Assembly: GCA_965246715.1 (NCBI GenBank)
Contig: CBDFFH010000047.1
Location: 64,001 to 128,000 of the forward strand
Direction: 5' to 3'
DNA: 64,000 nucleotides
From: Chamaesiphon sp.
GTDB lineage: Bacteria > Cyanobacteriota > Cyanobacteriia > Cyanobacteriales > Chamaesiphonaceae
The stretch's first letter is position 1. Each line of letters opens with the position of its first letter. The notes under the pieces are model-generated. The model saw only the letters and a program-made list of their open reading frames with translations. It had not been told where the DNA came from and did no database searches. Positions 40,769 through 51,394 of the stretch are shown in pieces. A program made the position numbers and the translations under genes.

Positions 40769-43700
40769 CTATTTAGCACTACCAATCAATTCGGAGATCG
40801 TTTGGCGCAATTCTTTTAATTTGGTTGGTTTGGATAAATAGCGATCTGCTCCTCGCTCCAGACATTTTAGGCGATCTCCTGGCATTGCTAAAGCCGTGAG
40901 CGCGATAATCGGGATATGCATCAGTTCGGGGAGCTGGCGAATTTTGGCAATCGATTCCAATCCATCCATTCCAGGCATCTGAATATCCATTAAAATCAGG
41001 TCGGGCAGCAGGGAGTGGGCGAGGCTAATCGCTTCGATCCCATCGTTGGCAACAACAATCTCATAACCTGAATGAGTTAAATACAACATGAAAGTTTCGA
41101 TGTTGGTTTTGTTGTCTTCCGCTAGTAAGATTAGGGGGTGTTGACGTGGGGCTGAAGCAGTATCTTTCTCCGGTTCTAGCTCCGCGTTAGTTTGGTTAGC
41201 TTCCGCCAGTAAGAGCGGGGGGTGTTGATGTGCAGCTGAAGCAGGAAGTTTGGGCGGTTCTAGCTCCGCTAAGTTCGCAATCTCTGGTGACGATCGATCT
41301 GCGGTAAGCGGCAAAAGTTCGGCAACTGCGATCGGTACCCGTCGATTGCTGTCGAGATCCCAGGACTCAACAACGATCGGATTGTAATTCTGGAGAGGCA
41401 TGGTCGCAATTAAATCCGGACGAGGATTTTCCGCAACCGAACTCGATCGGAAAGAGCAAGTAGCATATGGCAACGTAATGCTAAAGCAGCTACCTTGTCC
41501 TGGCGTGCTGGTTACCTGAATGTCGCCATTTTGGGCTTCTACCAGCCGCTTGACTAATGCTAAACCCAGTCCAGTGCCATTGTATTGACGACTGAGGCTA
41601 CTATCGATTTGGACGAAGGATTGGAACAGTTTCGGCATATTTTCCTGAGCGATGCCAATCCCAGTATCGATGACTTTAAATTGAATGACCGATCGATCGG
41701 GATCTCTGGCGACGACTAGTGTGACACGACCATCAACAGGCGTAAATTTAACTGCATTATTGAGCAGATTGATCAATATCTGCCGCACGCGGAGGTCGTC
41801 GATCGAAATTTGTCCTTCGTCTAGGGGAATTTGGGTCTCAATTTGAATATTTTTCGCCTGTGCCAACTGACTGACAAATTTCAAACTAGCATTACAGATA
41901 CTTTCAACTGATGTCGGGACAGGATTTAACTCTAATTGCCCGGACTCGATTTTGGCTAGATCCAAGATTTCGGTAATTAAATCCAGCAGATGTTGTCCGC
42001 TCTGCTCGATCGTGGCAATCGACGATTCTTGCAACGCATTTAACTCGCCATAAATCCGCTCTTGTAAGCCTTCTGATAAGCCCAAAATTGCATTGAGCGG
42101 CGTGCGTAGCTCGTGACTCATCACCGCTAAAAATTCACTTTTGGCCTGATTTGCTCGATCGGCAAATCGTTCGGCTGCTCGGGCATTTTCGAGTAACTGT
42201 GCTTGGTAGAGTGCGACCCCAATATGATTGGCTAGTTGTTTGACAAAATCAATCTCACTCTCTTGCCACTGTCGAGGACGAGCGCATTGATGGATGCACA
42301 ATAGCCCCCATAAACTGTCTTTCAGGCGCAAGGGGACAATCAGGTTGGCGCGAACATCAAACCGTTCGAGGATATCAATGTGACATTGAGATAGTCCCGC
42401 ATGATAAATATCGGCAACTGCCTGTATTTGTCCGGCATTGTAATGGATGGCAAATCGATCGCCAAAACAATGGTCTTCAATTTTCTGGGCTAGCGCTGAG
42501 GGATAATCTGAATTGACATCTTCAGAGACAAATTCTCCCAAATTAAAATTGGAATCGGGATCGAAGCGAAAAATGCCCACGCGATCGGCCGCGAGAAACT
42601 TACGCACCTCTTGGGTTGTAGCGGTAAAAATCCGGGTTAAATCCAGAGACTCCCGAATTTTACTAATCATCCCTGCCAGCGTTTGCTGTTGTTCTTCCAT
42701 CACGGGCAAACGATTAGCTTTCCGCTGGGCAATTTCGATTAATTCCGCCTGTTGCAGTGCGGCTCCTAGATGGGCACCAATTTGCGTCACAAAAGATACT
42801 TCTGACTCGCTCCAGGCGCGAGGATTGGCATGGTGGTACAAACCGATTAGCCCCCACAGTTGCCGCCCGACAAACAATGGCAGCACTAAGAAAGCGCGAA
42901 TCGAGTAATATTCTAAGACTTCAATATGACAGCGGGAGAGATTCGCAGTATAAATATCATCGACGACTGTGACTTCATGATTTTGATATCGCCCGCCCTG
43001 AGTTTGCTGGAGATAACTATCATTCCAACTTGAATCTGTAGCGAGAATAATTCTCTCCCAGCCTGGAGAGATCGACTCATAATCGGGAATAAAACTACCA
43101 CCCCAATCTTCATTAAAGCGATAAATCGCCACCCGATCGATCTCTAATAATTGCCGCACTTCCTGAGTGGCCGTGCGCATCGTGGTTTTTACATCCCAGG
43201 CTTTTTGTAATGTACTCAGGACGCTGGCGAGGGCGCTTTGCTGCTTGCCGATTGTCTTCGCATGTTCCAATTCGGCGGTACGGATTTGGATCTGTTGGTT
43301 GAGGTTGGTATTGAGAATTTGCACCTGTTCGTAGAGACGGTGTTGTTTGACCGCAGCCGCAAATCGCTCGCTTAGCGCTTGAGCCAGCCGGACATCAGCT
43401 TCGATCCATGGTTGGGCATGTCCGGTTTTAATTTGCCGCCAAGCCTCAAAGGATTGACGCGGGGCCATCTGGCGACGATCGGGATCGCAGCTACCTGCCC
43501 AGACTAATTCTCGATCGATGTCGCCCCGAAAGATTGTCAAACACCCGATCGATTCCTGTCCTAATTGGAGCGGAACGATTAAGACACCACGGATATTAGT
43601 GCCCCCAAAGGCTGGCGCGAGCGCGCGAAATAGCGGTTCGCGATAAATATCCGCTACCGCCCAGACATTACCATCGATCTCGGCTTCAGTTGGTAGTTCT

Positions 43701-44851
43701 GACAGGGCATATGTAGCTCGCATCCATTCTACCGACCAAGCTCTAGGTTGATACTCCTGTTCGGTTTCGGTCGGCTGGGAACATACAGACATCAAATATT
43801 TTTGCCAGAGGAGATTTTCTTCCAGATACCGCTCGTCTGGGGGACTGGGTTGAGTGCCAGAACTATATAACACCGCACATTGTTTGCTATTTTGGATGGG
43901 TCGATCGATCGTGCGATGTTGGGGCAGGTATAATCGTCCGCCCACGCCTTGAAAAATCTCGATCGTGGCATCGAGAGCTGCTTGTAGCTCTACAGTCGAA
44001 GTCGCATAAAGTAAACTGACGATCCGATTGAGGGCAGCTTCTTGCTTGGCTTGCTCCCGCACCTGTTGGAGTAGCCGCGATTGGGTAATGGAGATCGATA
44101 ATCGATCGACCACGAATTGGAGCAATGCGAGATCGGATTGGTTAACCACCCGTGGCTCACTATGATGGCAAACTAATAATCCCCACAGATCTCGTCGGTC
44201 TGAGGGGAGTGAGGAGAGTCGGCGATCGGGTTTAGGTGATGTGCTTTCAATGACGATCGGCACGACGATCGAGGATTTGACTCCCATCGCCCTCAGATAT
44301 TCGACATGACAAGGATCGAGCGCGCGCTGACTGGGATCGTCTGTCTGAGCGGGATCGATCGGGACGATATCGATAGTTTGAGTCTCTAAATCTACTACTG
44401 TCCGAATTCGCGTTCTTAAATATAGCTCGCGAGCATAAACGGGAATATCATCAGCGGGAAAATGTAGATCCAGCAGCGACGGGAGGCGATCTCGATCGAG
44501 CGCTTCAGCAATTACCAAACCATGTCCATCGGGCTGAAACTCATATATTTTCACGCGATCGGTGGCCAAAAAATCGCGCACTTCAGCCACAGTCGTCGTC
44601 AAGATTTCGGCTAACTCCAGCGAGCGATTAATCTCAGTGGTAATCCGACTCAGCAATTGCTGATGCAAAATTGGCACATTCAATTCATTCACGCTCTGTG
44701 AGTGCGGATCGGACGGGAACGGCATCGGGTAGCTCCGAGAATCTGGATGTCTGAATAGTCTCAGCATGCCCAAATTGTAATCGCTTATAACATCCGATCT
44801 CGGGAATGGGTCTGGATGGGTTGGCGGGACGGTCGATCCAACATTCAACAT
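40769..44851 (-). CDS. Multi-GAF bilin photoreceptor hybrid histidine kinase (start may be 44767 or 44725)
   Basis: FPADDIP/DPCH GAF, PRQSFEAW tongue, WNDSYL..CH GAF, DHCF..CH GAF, SHELRTPLN, receiver DIQMP. Confidence 0.92.
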   Translation of the reverse strand: MLNVGSTVPPTHPDPFPRSDVISDYNLGMLRLFRHPDSRSYPMPFPSDPHSQSVNELNVPILHQQLLSRITTEINRSLELAEILTTTVAEVRDFLATDRVKIYEFQPDGHGLVIAEALDRDRLPSLLDLHFPADDIPVYARELYLRTRIRTVVDLETQTIDIVPIDPAQTDDPSQRALDPCHVEYLRAMGVKSSIVVPIVIESTSPKPDRRLSSLPSDRRDLWGLLVCHHSEPRVVNQSDLALLQFVVDRLSISITQSRLLQQVREQAKQEAALNRIVSLLYATSTVELQAALDATIEIFQGVGGRLYLPQHRTIDRPIQNSKQCAVLYSSGTQPSPPDERYLEENLLWQKYLMSVCSQPTETEQEYQPRAWSVEWMRATYALSELPTEAEIDGNVWAVADIYREPLFRALAPAFGGTNIRGVLIVPLQLGQESIGCLTIFRGDIDRELVWAGSCDPDRRQMAPRQSFEAWRQIKTGHAQPWIEADVRLAQALSERFAAAVKQHRLYEQVQILNTNLNQQIQIRTAELEHAKTIGKQQSALASVLSTLQKAWDVKTTMRTATQEVRQLLEIDRVAIYRFNEDWGGSFIPDYESISPGWERIILATDSSWNDSYLQQTQGGRYQNHEVTVVDDIYTANLSRCHIEVLEYYSIRAFLVLPLFVGRQLWGLIGLYHHANPRAWSESEVSFVTQIGAHLGAALQQAELIEIAQRKANRLPVMEEQQQTLAGMISKIRESLDLTRIFTATTQEVRKFLAADRVGIFRFDPDSNFNLGEFVSEDVNSDYPSALAQKIEDHCFGDRFAIHYNAGQIQAVADIYHAGLSQCHIDILERFDVRANLIVPLRLKDSLWGLLCIHQCARPRQWQESEIDFVKQLANHIGVALYQAQLLENARAAERFADRANQAKSEFLAVMSHELRTPLNAILGLSEGLQERIYGELNALQESSIATIEQSGQHLLDLITEILDLAKIESGQLELNPVPTSVESICNASLKFVSQLAQAKNIQIETQIPLDEGQISIDDLRVRQILINLLNNAVKFTPVDGRVTLVVARDPDRSVIQFKVIDTGIGIAQENMPKLFQSFVQIDSSLSRQYNGTGLGLALVKRLVEAQNGDIQVTSTPGQGSCFSITLPYATCSFRSSSVAENPRPDLIATMPLQNYNPIVVESWDLDSNRRVPIAVAELLPLTADRSSPEIANLAELEPPKLPASAAHQHPPLLLAEANQTNAELEPEKDTASAPRQHPLILLAEDNKTNIETFMLYLTHSGYEIVVANDGIEAISLAHSLLPDLILMDIQMPGMDGLESIAKIRQLPELMHIPIIALTALAMPGDRLKCLERGADRYLSKPTKLKELRQTISELIGSAK

Positions 44852-44919
44852 CTCGAGTATCGATCGAGATTTTTTCCGGGCATTCTAGAGATAGTTGGCT
44901 CAGATAGATCGAAATAACA

Positions 44920-46701
44920 ATGCATCCATCGGCACTTATCGCATTTCAGTTGCAATCGGCGATCGTCGATCGCCCACTCACAGTCAGTCCCGATACTACT
45001 GTCAAGGAAGCAGTACACCACATGAATGGCGGCGATGCGCTCTTCCAGCAGCGGAGCCAACAACTCGACAATATCGATTTACCATCTCGCTCGACGGCGG
45101 GCGATCGGCTGCCAACAAGTTATGTACTGATTGTCGAGCACGATCGGGTGCTGGGAATTCTCACAGATCGAGATGTCGTGCGGCTGATTGCCCGAACTGT
45201 TGACCTTGAAAATGTACTCATTCGGGATGTGATGACTCATCCAGTCGTTACGCTCGATCGAGATGAATTCACCGATTTAGCTGTTGCGATCGATCTCCTC
45301 TGCCAACATCAAATTCGCCATTTACCCTTACTCGATCGGCATGGCTGTCCGATTGGAATGCTAACACGCGAAAGCTTACAACAAAAATGCCATCCCAACG
45401 AATTGTGGCGAGAACATGTATCTACACTCCAAAAAGAACTCGCCGCTCATCAGATCGAGCTAGCGCAGTTAGCGCAACAACATCAACAACTTGCGATGAC
45501 TAACGAAGAACTCAGCCGTGCGACCCAACTCAAAGATGAATTTCTGACCAATATGAGTCACGAGTTGCGAACGCCGCTCAATGCGATTTTAGGCATGTCT
45601 GAGGGCTTGCAAGAAGGTATTTTCGGTATAGTTAATCCAGCCCAAATCCAAGCAGTTAAAACGATCGAACATAGCAGCAACCACCTCTTAGCTTTAATCG
45701 ATGATATCTTAGATTTGGCGAAGATTGGGGCGAATCGAATCGACCTCGAATGTCAGCCAACTGATATCTGCGAACTTTGCTATTCCAGTTTGGCTTTTGT
45801 CAAGCACCAAGCCATCTCTAAACAGATTCGCTTACAAATTCAACTGCCCCCGCAAATTCCCAATATCTCGATCGATGAACGTCGCATTCGTCAAGTCTTA
45901 ATTAATTTACTCAACAATGCGGTCAAATTTACACCAGTTGGCGGGCATATCGCCCTCAATGTAACGATCGAATCAGACAACACAACTACGAGCTTTATTC
46001 GCTTGACCGTCATCGATACCGGAATTGGGATTAATCATGCCGATTTGCACAAATTATTCCAGCCCTTTACGCAGGTCGATACTGCTTTAAATCGACAATA
46101 TAATGGTGCGGGATTAGGACTAGCTTTAGTCAAAGGAATTGTCGAAATGCATGGTGGTAGCGTGCTAGTACGGAGTGAAGTTGGTGTTGGCAGTCAGTTT
46201 ATTGTCGATCTACCAATTCCACAGGCAGAACGCGATCCTAACGGTAATCTGCTCTCGCCATCTTTAGAGTTTTCACAACCTATTGGCGAAAAATTAGCTA
46301 GCTTAAACGATAGTTCTTTAGCAGGGCGCGCTTGGAAAATATTGCTGGCGGAAGATAATGAAGCAAACATTAGTAGTATTTCTAGCTTTCTCAAAGCCAA
46401 AGGATATCAGACGATTTTGGCAAGAAATGGATTGGAAGCTTTAAATCTCGCCCAATCCCAGTTACCAGATTTAATTTTAATGGATATTCAAATGCCCAAA
46501 ATGGATGGGCTAGAGGCGATCCGCCATATTCGAGAGCGTCCGCAACTGCAAGATGTCCCGATTGTTGCCATCACTGCCTTGGCCATGAATGGCGATCGCG
46601 AAAAATGCCTTAATGCTGGAGCGACTGATTATCTGACTAAGCCAGTCAGACTCAAGCAGCTGTCGACTACTATTCAACAGCATTTAGGCGCAAATAACTA
46701 A
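44920..46701 (+). CDS. CBS-domain hybrid histidine kinase/receiver
   Basis: GILTDRDVV, IRHLPLLD, SHELRTPLN, GAGLGL, MDIQMP. Confidence 0.92.
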   Translation: MHPSALIAFQLQSAIVDRPLTVSPDTTVKEAVHHMNGGDALFQQRSQQLDNIDLPSRSTAGDRLPTSYVLIVEHDRVLGILTDRDVVRLIARTVDLENVLIRDVMTHPVVTLDRDEFTDLAVAIDLLCQHQIRHLPLLDRHGCPIGMLTRESLQQKCHPNELWREHVSTLQKELAAHQIELAQLAQQHQQLAMTNEELSRATQLKDEFLTNMSHELRTPLNAILGMSEGLQEGIFGIVNPAQIQAVKTIEHSSNHLLALIDDILDLAKIGANRIDLECQPTDICELCYSSLAFVKHQAISKQIRLQIQLPPQIPNISIDERRIRQVLINLLNNAVKFTPVGGHIALNVTIESDNTTTSFIRLTVIDTGIGINHADLHKLFQPFTQVDTALNRQYNGAGLGLALVKGIVEMHGGSVLVRSEVGVGSQFIVDLPIPQAERDPNGNLLSPSLEFSQPIGEKLASLNDSSLAGRAWKILLAEDNEANISSISSFLKAKGYQTILARNGLEALNLAQSQLPDLILMDIQMPKMDGLEAIRHIRERPQLQDVPIVAITALAMNGDREKCLNAGATDYLTKPVRLKQLSTTIQQHLGANN

Positions 46702-46720
46702 TTAATAATTACTAGATTTT

Positions 46721-47854
46721 ATGAAAAATACTTCAATTTTAATCGTTGATGATGAACCCAATAATTTTGAGGTAATTGAGACATTGCTAGCTGGCGATAA
46801 TTACGATCTTTATTATGCTAATAGTGGTGAAGAAGCACTTACGGACATTAGCACATTTAATCCGGATGTAATTTTGCTGGATTTAACCATGCCTAAAATG
46901 GATGGATTGGAAGTATGCGAGCGGCTAAGATTGATGCGGAAATGGAAATCATTGCCAATTATCATGGTGACGGCTTCTTCTAGTAAAGCAATTCTCTCTA
47001 GCTGCTTGGAAGCAGGCGCAGATGATTTTATTAGCAAACCAGTCGATAAGGTCGAACTTCGCGCCAGAATTAAATCGATGCTGCGAATCAAAAAACAATT
47101 CGATCGCATCGAATCTTTAACCAAGCTCCAACAAAAAAATATTACTTTATTAGAAAACGATCTCGGTGAATTAGGCTGCGATTTAGCAGTAGGTTTTGCA
47201 AATGAACTAAATACTCCGCTTGGTCTAATTATGAAAGCACTAACATCTGTAAGCCAGAAGATCGAGCGGATGGATCGGTCGAAAATTTTAGAGCTGGTAA
47301 ATAAAGCCAATCGATCGGCTGCTGAATTAGAGCAACTAACTAATAAATTCTGGATTTATTTAGAACTTGCCTTAGAAAAAAAACAATTTCACAATGATGA
47401 AACTTCTAAATTCGATAAGACAATCAAACAAGTCGCAACTATTCAAGCTCGACTATTGCATCGAGAAGACGATTTGAATATCGATCTAGAGCTTGCAGAG
47501 ATTGCTGTAACGAATCAACATTGTGAGTGGATAGTTAAAGAATTATTGTATTATGCTCTCCATTCTTCTCATCCTGGAAACTCAATAAAAATTGGCGGTC
47601 GAGTCATCAAGAAAACATACACTTTATCCATAGTTTATACTCATGCCAGTTTAACTGAGACTGAAATAGTTTCGAGTGAAGACCGAGAATTAGGACTAGG
47701 GCTAAAAATAGTTAAGAAAATAATTGATATCTATGATGGAAGCTTTACAATTTCTACAGTTGCGAGCTTAGCAGATTGCTACGACACTACTGTATGTATT
47801 GCGCTGCCGTTATCGCAGATTGCGGGGTTAAACAATCGAATGCTGGTTAGCTAA
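46721..47854 (+). CDS. Response regulator receiver fused to a degenerate histidine kinase
   Basis: IVDDE, LLDLTMP, FISKP; H-box reads ANELNTPL. Confidence 0.85.
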   Translation: MKNTSILIVDDEPNNFEVIETLLAGDNYDLYYANSGEEALTDISTFNPDVILLDLTMPKMDGLEVCERLRLMRKWKSLPIIMVTASSSKAILSSCLEAGADDFISKPVDKVELRARIKSMLRIKKQFDRIESLTKLQQKNITLLENDLGELGCDLAVGFANELNTPLGLIMKALTSVSQKIERMDRSKILELVNKANRSAAELEQLTNKFWIYLELALEKKQFHNDETSKFDKTIKQVATIQARLLHREDDLNIDLELAEIAVTNQHCEWIVKELLYYALHSSHPGNSIKIGGRVIKKTYTLSIVYTHASLTETEIVSSEDRELGLGLKIVKKIIDIYDGSFTISTVASLADCYDTTVCIALPLSQIAGLNNRMLVS

Positions 47855-48197
47855 CCTGAGACATGATCCGAAGCTGACGGAGGGATCGAATACATGCGGG
47901 GCAATCGCAACCGAAAATTGCGATCGCGCCATCGCTCTCTTCGTCGGTAAAGTTGATGAAAGCATCGGGGTTTTTGGCTTCAGCCTGGGCTTTGGCGATG
48001 AGCGAAGCTTTTGGGATATTGCTAGCTATTTGTGAAGATTTGACACAAACGAGTCGAGCGTGAGCATCGATACAAAATTTACCATCTTGAGTCTTGGTGA
48101 CTCCAGCAGCCATCGCTGGTGAGGTTGCCGAGACGATCGGTAAGATCGTACTCAGTACGGTGGGTGCCGACAGAAACAACAGTAAAAATCTTTTCAT
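47847..48197 (-). CDS. Small exported Cys-rich hypothetical protein
   Basis: Signal peptide; C-terminal FGCDCPACIRSLRQL. Confidence 0.7.
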   Translation of the reverse strand: MKRFLLLFLSAPTVLSTILPIVSATSPAMAAGVTKTQDGKFCIDAHARLVCVKSSQIASNIPKASLIAKAQAEAKNPDAFINFTDEESDGAIAIFGCDCPACIRSLRQLRIMSQVS

Positions 48198-48413
48198 AAA
48201 TTAATTTATCTTAAAGATATAAGTTACTCAAACCAGAAGACTAACCGATCGATGATGGGTTAGTCAACTGTTATGTGGGAGATCGAGATCCGATCGCGCT
48301 ATTTCTGGTGTTTATTGCGCTCGGTAAGTTTCAGAAATCAATCTCTATACTAGTTGACTAAACTTAGTATAGTTAGTGTTCCCACCTCGAGCTGCGATCG
48401 TTGCTACTGAAGC

Positions 48414-49121
48414 TTATAATTTAGAGTTAAACCTTTGCCACTGACCGGGTGGCGGTGTTAAAAATTCGTAAGCACCCGCTGCGGATCTAGTCGCTGTCAG
48501 CACGATATCGAATGAGAGCGATACTCTCAATTCCTCCGTCTCATTCATCGTTACCGCGTGACGTTGTTTGGCTGGAAACAGTAATAACCGCCCCGCTACA
48601 GGCGGATAGGCAATCTGCAACTGATTGAAATAGTTATCTTCAGCTACGATATCCGTATTTTCGCTGCCCAAACCCGGACTCACCTCATTAACGCGAGCAT
48701 CATCAAAAAATACTAATCGCCCCGGATCGTAAGTCTCCGCCGTGGGTACTTGAAGATAATAAACCGCACTGATATGCGCTGTATTGTGGCAATGCGAACC
48801 GATCTCTTGTTCCCTCCGCGAGACAATCGGCCAAGCACGCTGGATATATAGGTCTACTTTACTTAGATCTACTCCCAACTCTTGCAGATAGAGCGCTGTA
48901 TGCAACTCTACCTGCCTCACAATCCAACTAAAACGCGGATTGGTATGGATTTGCTCTACGCCATGCAAATCGCCAGTCCAAGCCATCTCTGGATAGTTCC
49001 GGCGTTCGGCACCATCCCGCTCTAATTGCAGTACCGCAGCCACCAGATCTTGCTGATGTTGGGGGGCATCTACTAAATCTTCATAATAAATTGCGAGTGG
49101 AAACCAAGTCTCGATCGGCAT
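48414..49121 (-). CDS. 2OG-Fe(II) oxygenase (TIGR02466-like)
   Basis: HCH..AHISAVYY, LLLFPA..RHAV, RVSLSFD; start re-placed at MPIETW. Confidence 0.8.
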   Translation of the reverse strand: MPIETWFPLAIYYEDLVDAPQHQQDLVAAVLQLERDGAERRNYPEMAWTGDLHGVEQIHTNPRFSWIVRQVELHTALYLQELGVDLSKVDLYIQRAWPIVSRREQEIGSHCHNTAHISAVYYLQVPTAETYDPGRLVFFDDARVNEVSPGLGSENTDIVAEDNYFNQLQIAYPPVAGRLLLFPAKQRHAVTMNETEELRVSLSFDIVLTATRSAAGAYEFLTPPPGQWQRFNSKL

Positions 49122-49555
49122 AACAGTCGTTAGGGGATAAGGGATAGGGGATAGTGAACAGTGAACAGTGAACAGTGGGTGGTAGAAGAAGTATCTCATT
49201 CAACCTGCTCTTGAAATGAATGAGAGATCGAAAGACGACCTGCCGATTTCGTGTTTATCTGAGTACTCACAGCTATCTTTATATCCCCTATCCCCTAACC
49301 CCGCTCCAATATTCACTAGCCACTAGCCACTATCCCCTAATCCCGATCCCCGCTTACTGCTCACTGCTCACTATCCCCTAGTTCGGTAATCGCCCTAACC
49401 CGCGCAACTTTGTATTTTTGTATACTAATATTAAGGAGAATTTATCTCCAGGGGTCATCAAAGCTAAGATGGCGGAAGATAGCGCAACGAAAGTTAACTC
49501 TATCGTCATTAATTTTCTCAATATTACTCGATCGGTTAGGAGCAAACTTCAGAAC

Positions 49556-51274
49556 GTGAGCCAGCAACAACTTTCTCAACTGCGACGTTACGATCCACAA
49601 GCCATCGCTGACTACTACAACAAACGTCCGTGGCTGGTCATTTGGAGAGCAATAACTGTTGTTTGGCTGTTCTCAGGTTTCCTAATTGGATTATTAATCG
49701 ATCGATCGATGGGTTACACCCAAGCCAATCAGGAGCAGCGGGCCAATCAACTGCGCGAGATAATAACACGACTGGGGCCTACTTATATTAAAGTCGGACA
49801 GTCACTCTCTACTCGACCCGATCTGATTACCCAAAGCTTTTTAGACGAATTAATTAAATTACAAGACCAACTCCCACCATTCGATAATGAGTTGGCAATG
49901 CAAATTATCGAAACTCAACTCAAAAGATCGGTTGACGAACTCTATAAAGAAATATCGCCGCGTCCGGTTGCCGCAGCTAGTTTGGGTCAAGTTTACAAAG
50001 CAAGATTGTATAGCGGCGAAGAAGTAGCCGTCAAGGTTCAACGACCAAATTTGATGCCGATTATTACCCGCGATTTATATCTCCTGCGGTGGGCTTCAAC
50101 TTGGATCGAGCCGTTTCTACCATTGAATTTAGGCAACAATTTACAAATAGTTGTCGATGAGTTTGGGACTAAGTTATTTGAAGAAATTGACTATCAACAT
50201 GAAGGGCGGAATGCCGAGAAATTTGCGGCTAATTTCCATGACGATCCCACAGTCAAAGTGCCATCGATTTACTGGCGATATAGCACGCATACAGTCCTAA
50301 CTTTAGAATGGATTAATGGGATCAAACTCACCGATTTAGACGCAGTGAGAAAAGCGGGACTCGATCGCGATAATTTGATTAAGATCGGGGTCAAGTCGGG
50401 ATTGCGACAATTATTAGAGTTTGGTTTCTTTCATGCCGATCCGCACCCTGGTAATCTGTTTGCGCTCGCTGACGGACGGATGGCATTTATCGATTTTGGG
50501 ATGATGGATCAACTCACCCAACATACCAAAGAAACGATCGCTGGCTCGGTCGTTCATTTAATTAATAAAGATTATCTTTCCCTAACTGATGATTTCGTCC
50601 AGCTCGGTTTTTTGACTTCGGATGTCGATATCGCGCCAATTATTCCAGCATTAGAGCGAGTCTTAGGTAACGCGATCGGTGAAAGTGTCGGAAACTTTAA
50701 CTTCAAGACGATTACCGATGAATTTTCGGAATTGATGTTCTTATATCCCTTCCGGATTCCGGCACAATTTTCGCTCATCATCCGATCGCTTGTTACTCAA
50801 GAAGGTGTGGCACTGAGTCTCAATCCCAACTTCAAGATTGTCGAAATCGGCTATCCTTATGTCGCCCAAAGATTGCTCAATGGTGAAACTCCAGAAATGC
50901 GTCGCCGGCTGCTCGAAGTCATCGTTAAAGATGGCAAGGTTCAATGGAAACGGCTAGAAAACTTGATCGGGATCGCCCGGACTGAAGGGAATTTCGATCT
51001 GCTCCCAACAGCACAACTAGGATTCCAATTTTTGATGTCTGCTGAAGGACAATCACTACGCAATCAGCTAGTCTTGGCACTTACAGAAGACAATCGCTTG
51101 CATGTAGCTGAAGTTCAACATTTATGGAATTTAGTCAAGGACGAACTGCAACCCGCTAAATTATTTAATGTCGCCATCGGTGCTTTAGCAGAAAGCGTCC
51201 CTAAAGCAATTGGCAATCTCTCAACGACGGGGATTAATTCTCTCCTTAGTTCGTTGAGTAATAACGGTAAATAG
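49556..51274 (+). CDS. AarF/ABC1/UbiB family atypical kinase
   Basis: LGPTYIKVGQ, AAASLGQVY, VAVKVQRP, FHADPHPGN, DFGM; GTG after TAGGAG. Confidence 0.93.
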   Translation: MSQQQLSQLRRYDPQAIADYYNKRPWLVIWRAITVVWLFSGFLIGLLIDRSMGYTQANQEQRANQLREIITRLGPTYIKVGQSLSTRPDLITQSFLDELIKLQDQLPPFDNELAMQIIETQLKRSVDELYKEISPRPVAAASLGQVYKARLYSGEEVAVKVQRPNLMPIITRDLYLLRWASTWIEPFLPLNLGNNLQIVVDEFGTKLFEEIDYQHEGRNAEKFAANFHDDPTVKVPSIYWRYSTHTVLTLEWINGIKLTDLDAVRKAGLDRDNLIKIGVKSGLRQLLEFGFFHADPHPGNLFALADGRMAFIDFGMMDQLTQHTKETIAGSVVHLINKDYLSLTDDFVQLGFLTSDVDIAPIIPALERVLGNAIGESVGNFNFKTITDEFSELMFLYPFRIPAQFSLIIRSLVTQEGVALSLNPNFKIVEIGYPYVAQRLLNGETPEMRRRLLEVIVKDGKVQWKRLENLIGIARTEGNFDLLPTAQLGFQFLMSAEGQSLRNQLVLALTEDNRLHVAEVQHLWNLVKDELQPAKLFNVAIGALAESVPKAIGNLSTTGINSLLSSLSNNGK

Positions 51275-51394
51275 CAGTCGATCCGATCGAATTGAAATTC
51301 ATTTGGGGAGCCATGGCAATCGCTACGGTTCCCCACCTATTTGGAGGAGCTAGTTACAATTAATTTTATATGTTCGAATACCTGTTTAGAGTGA

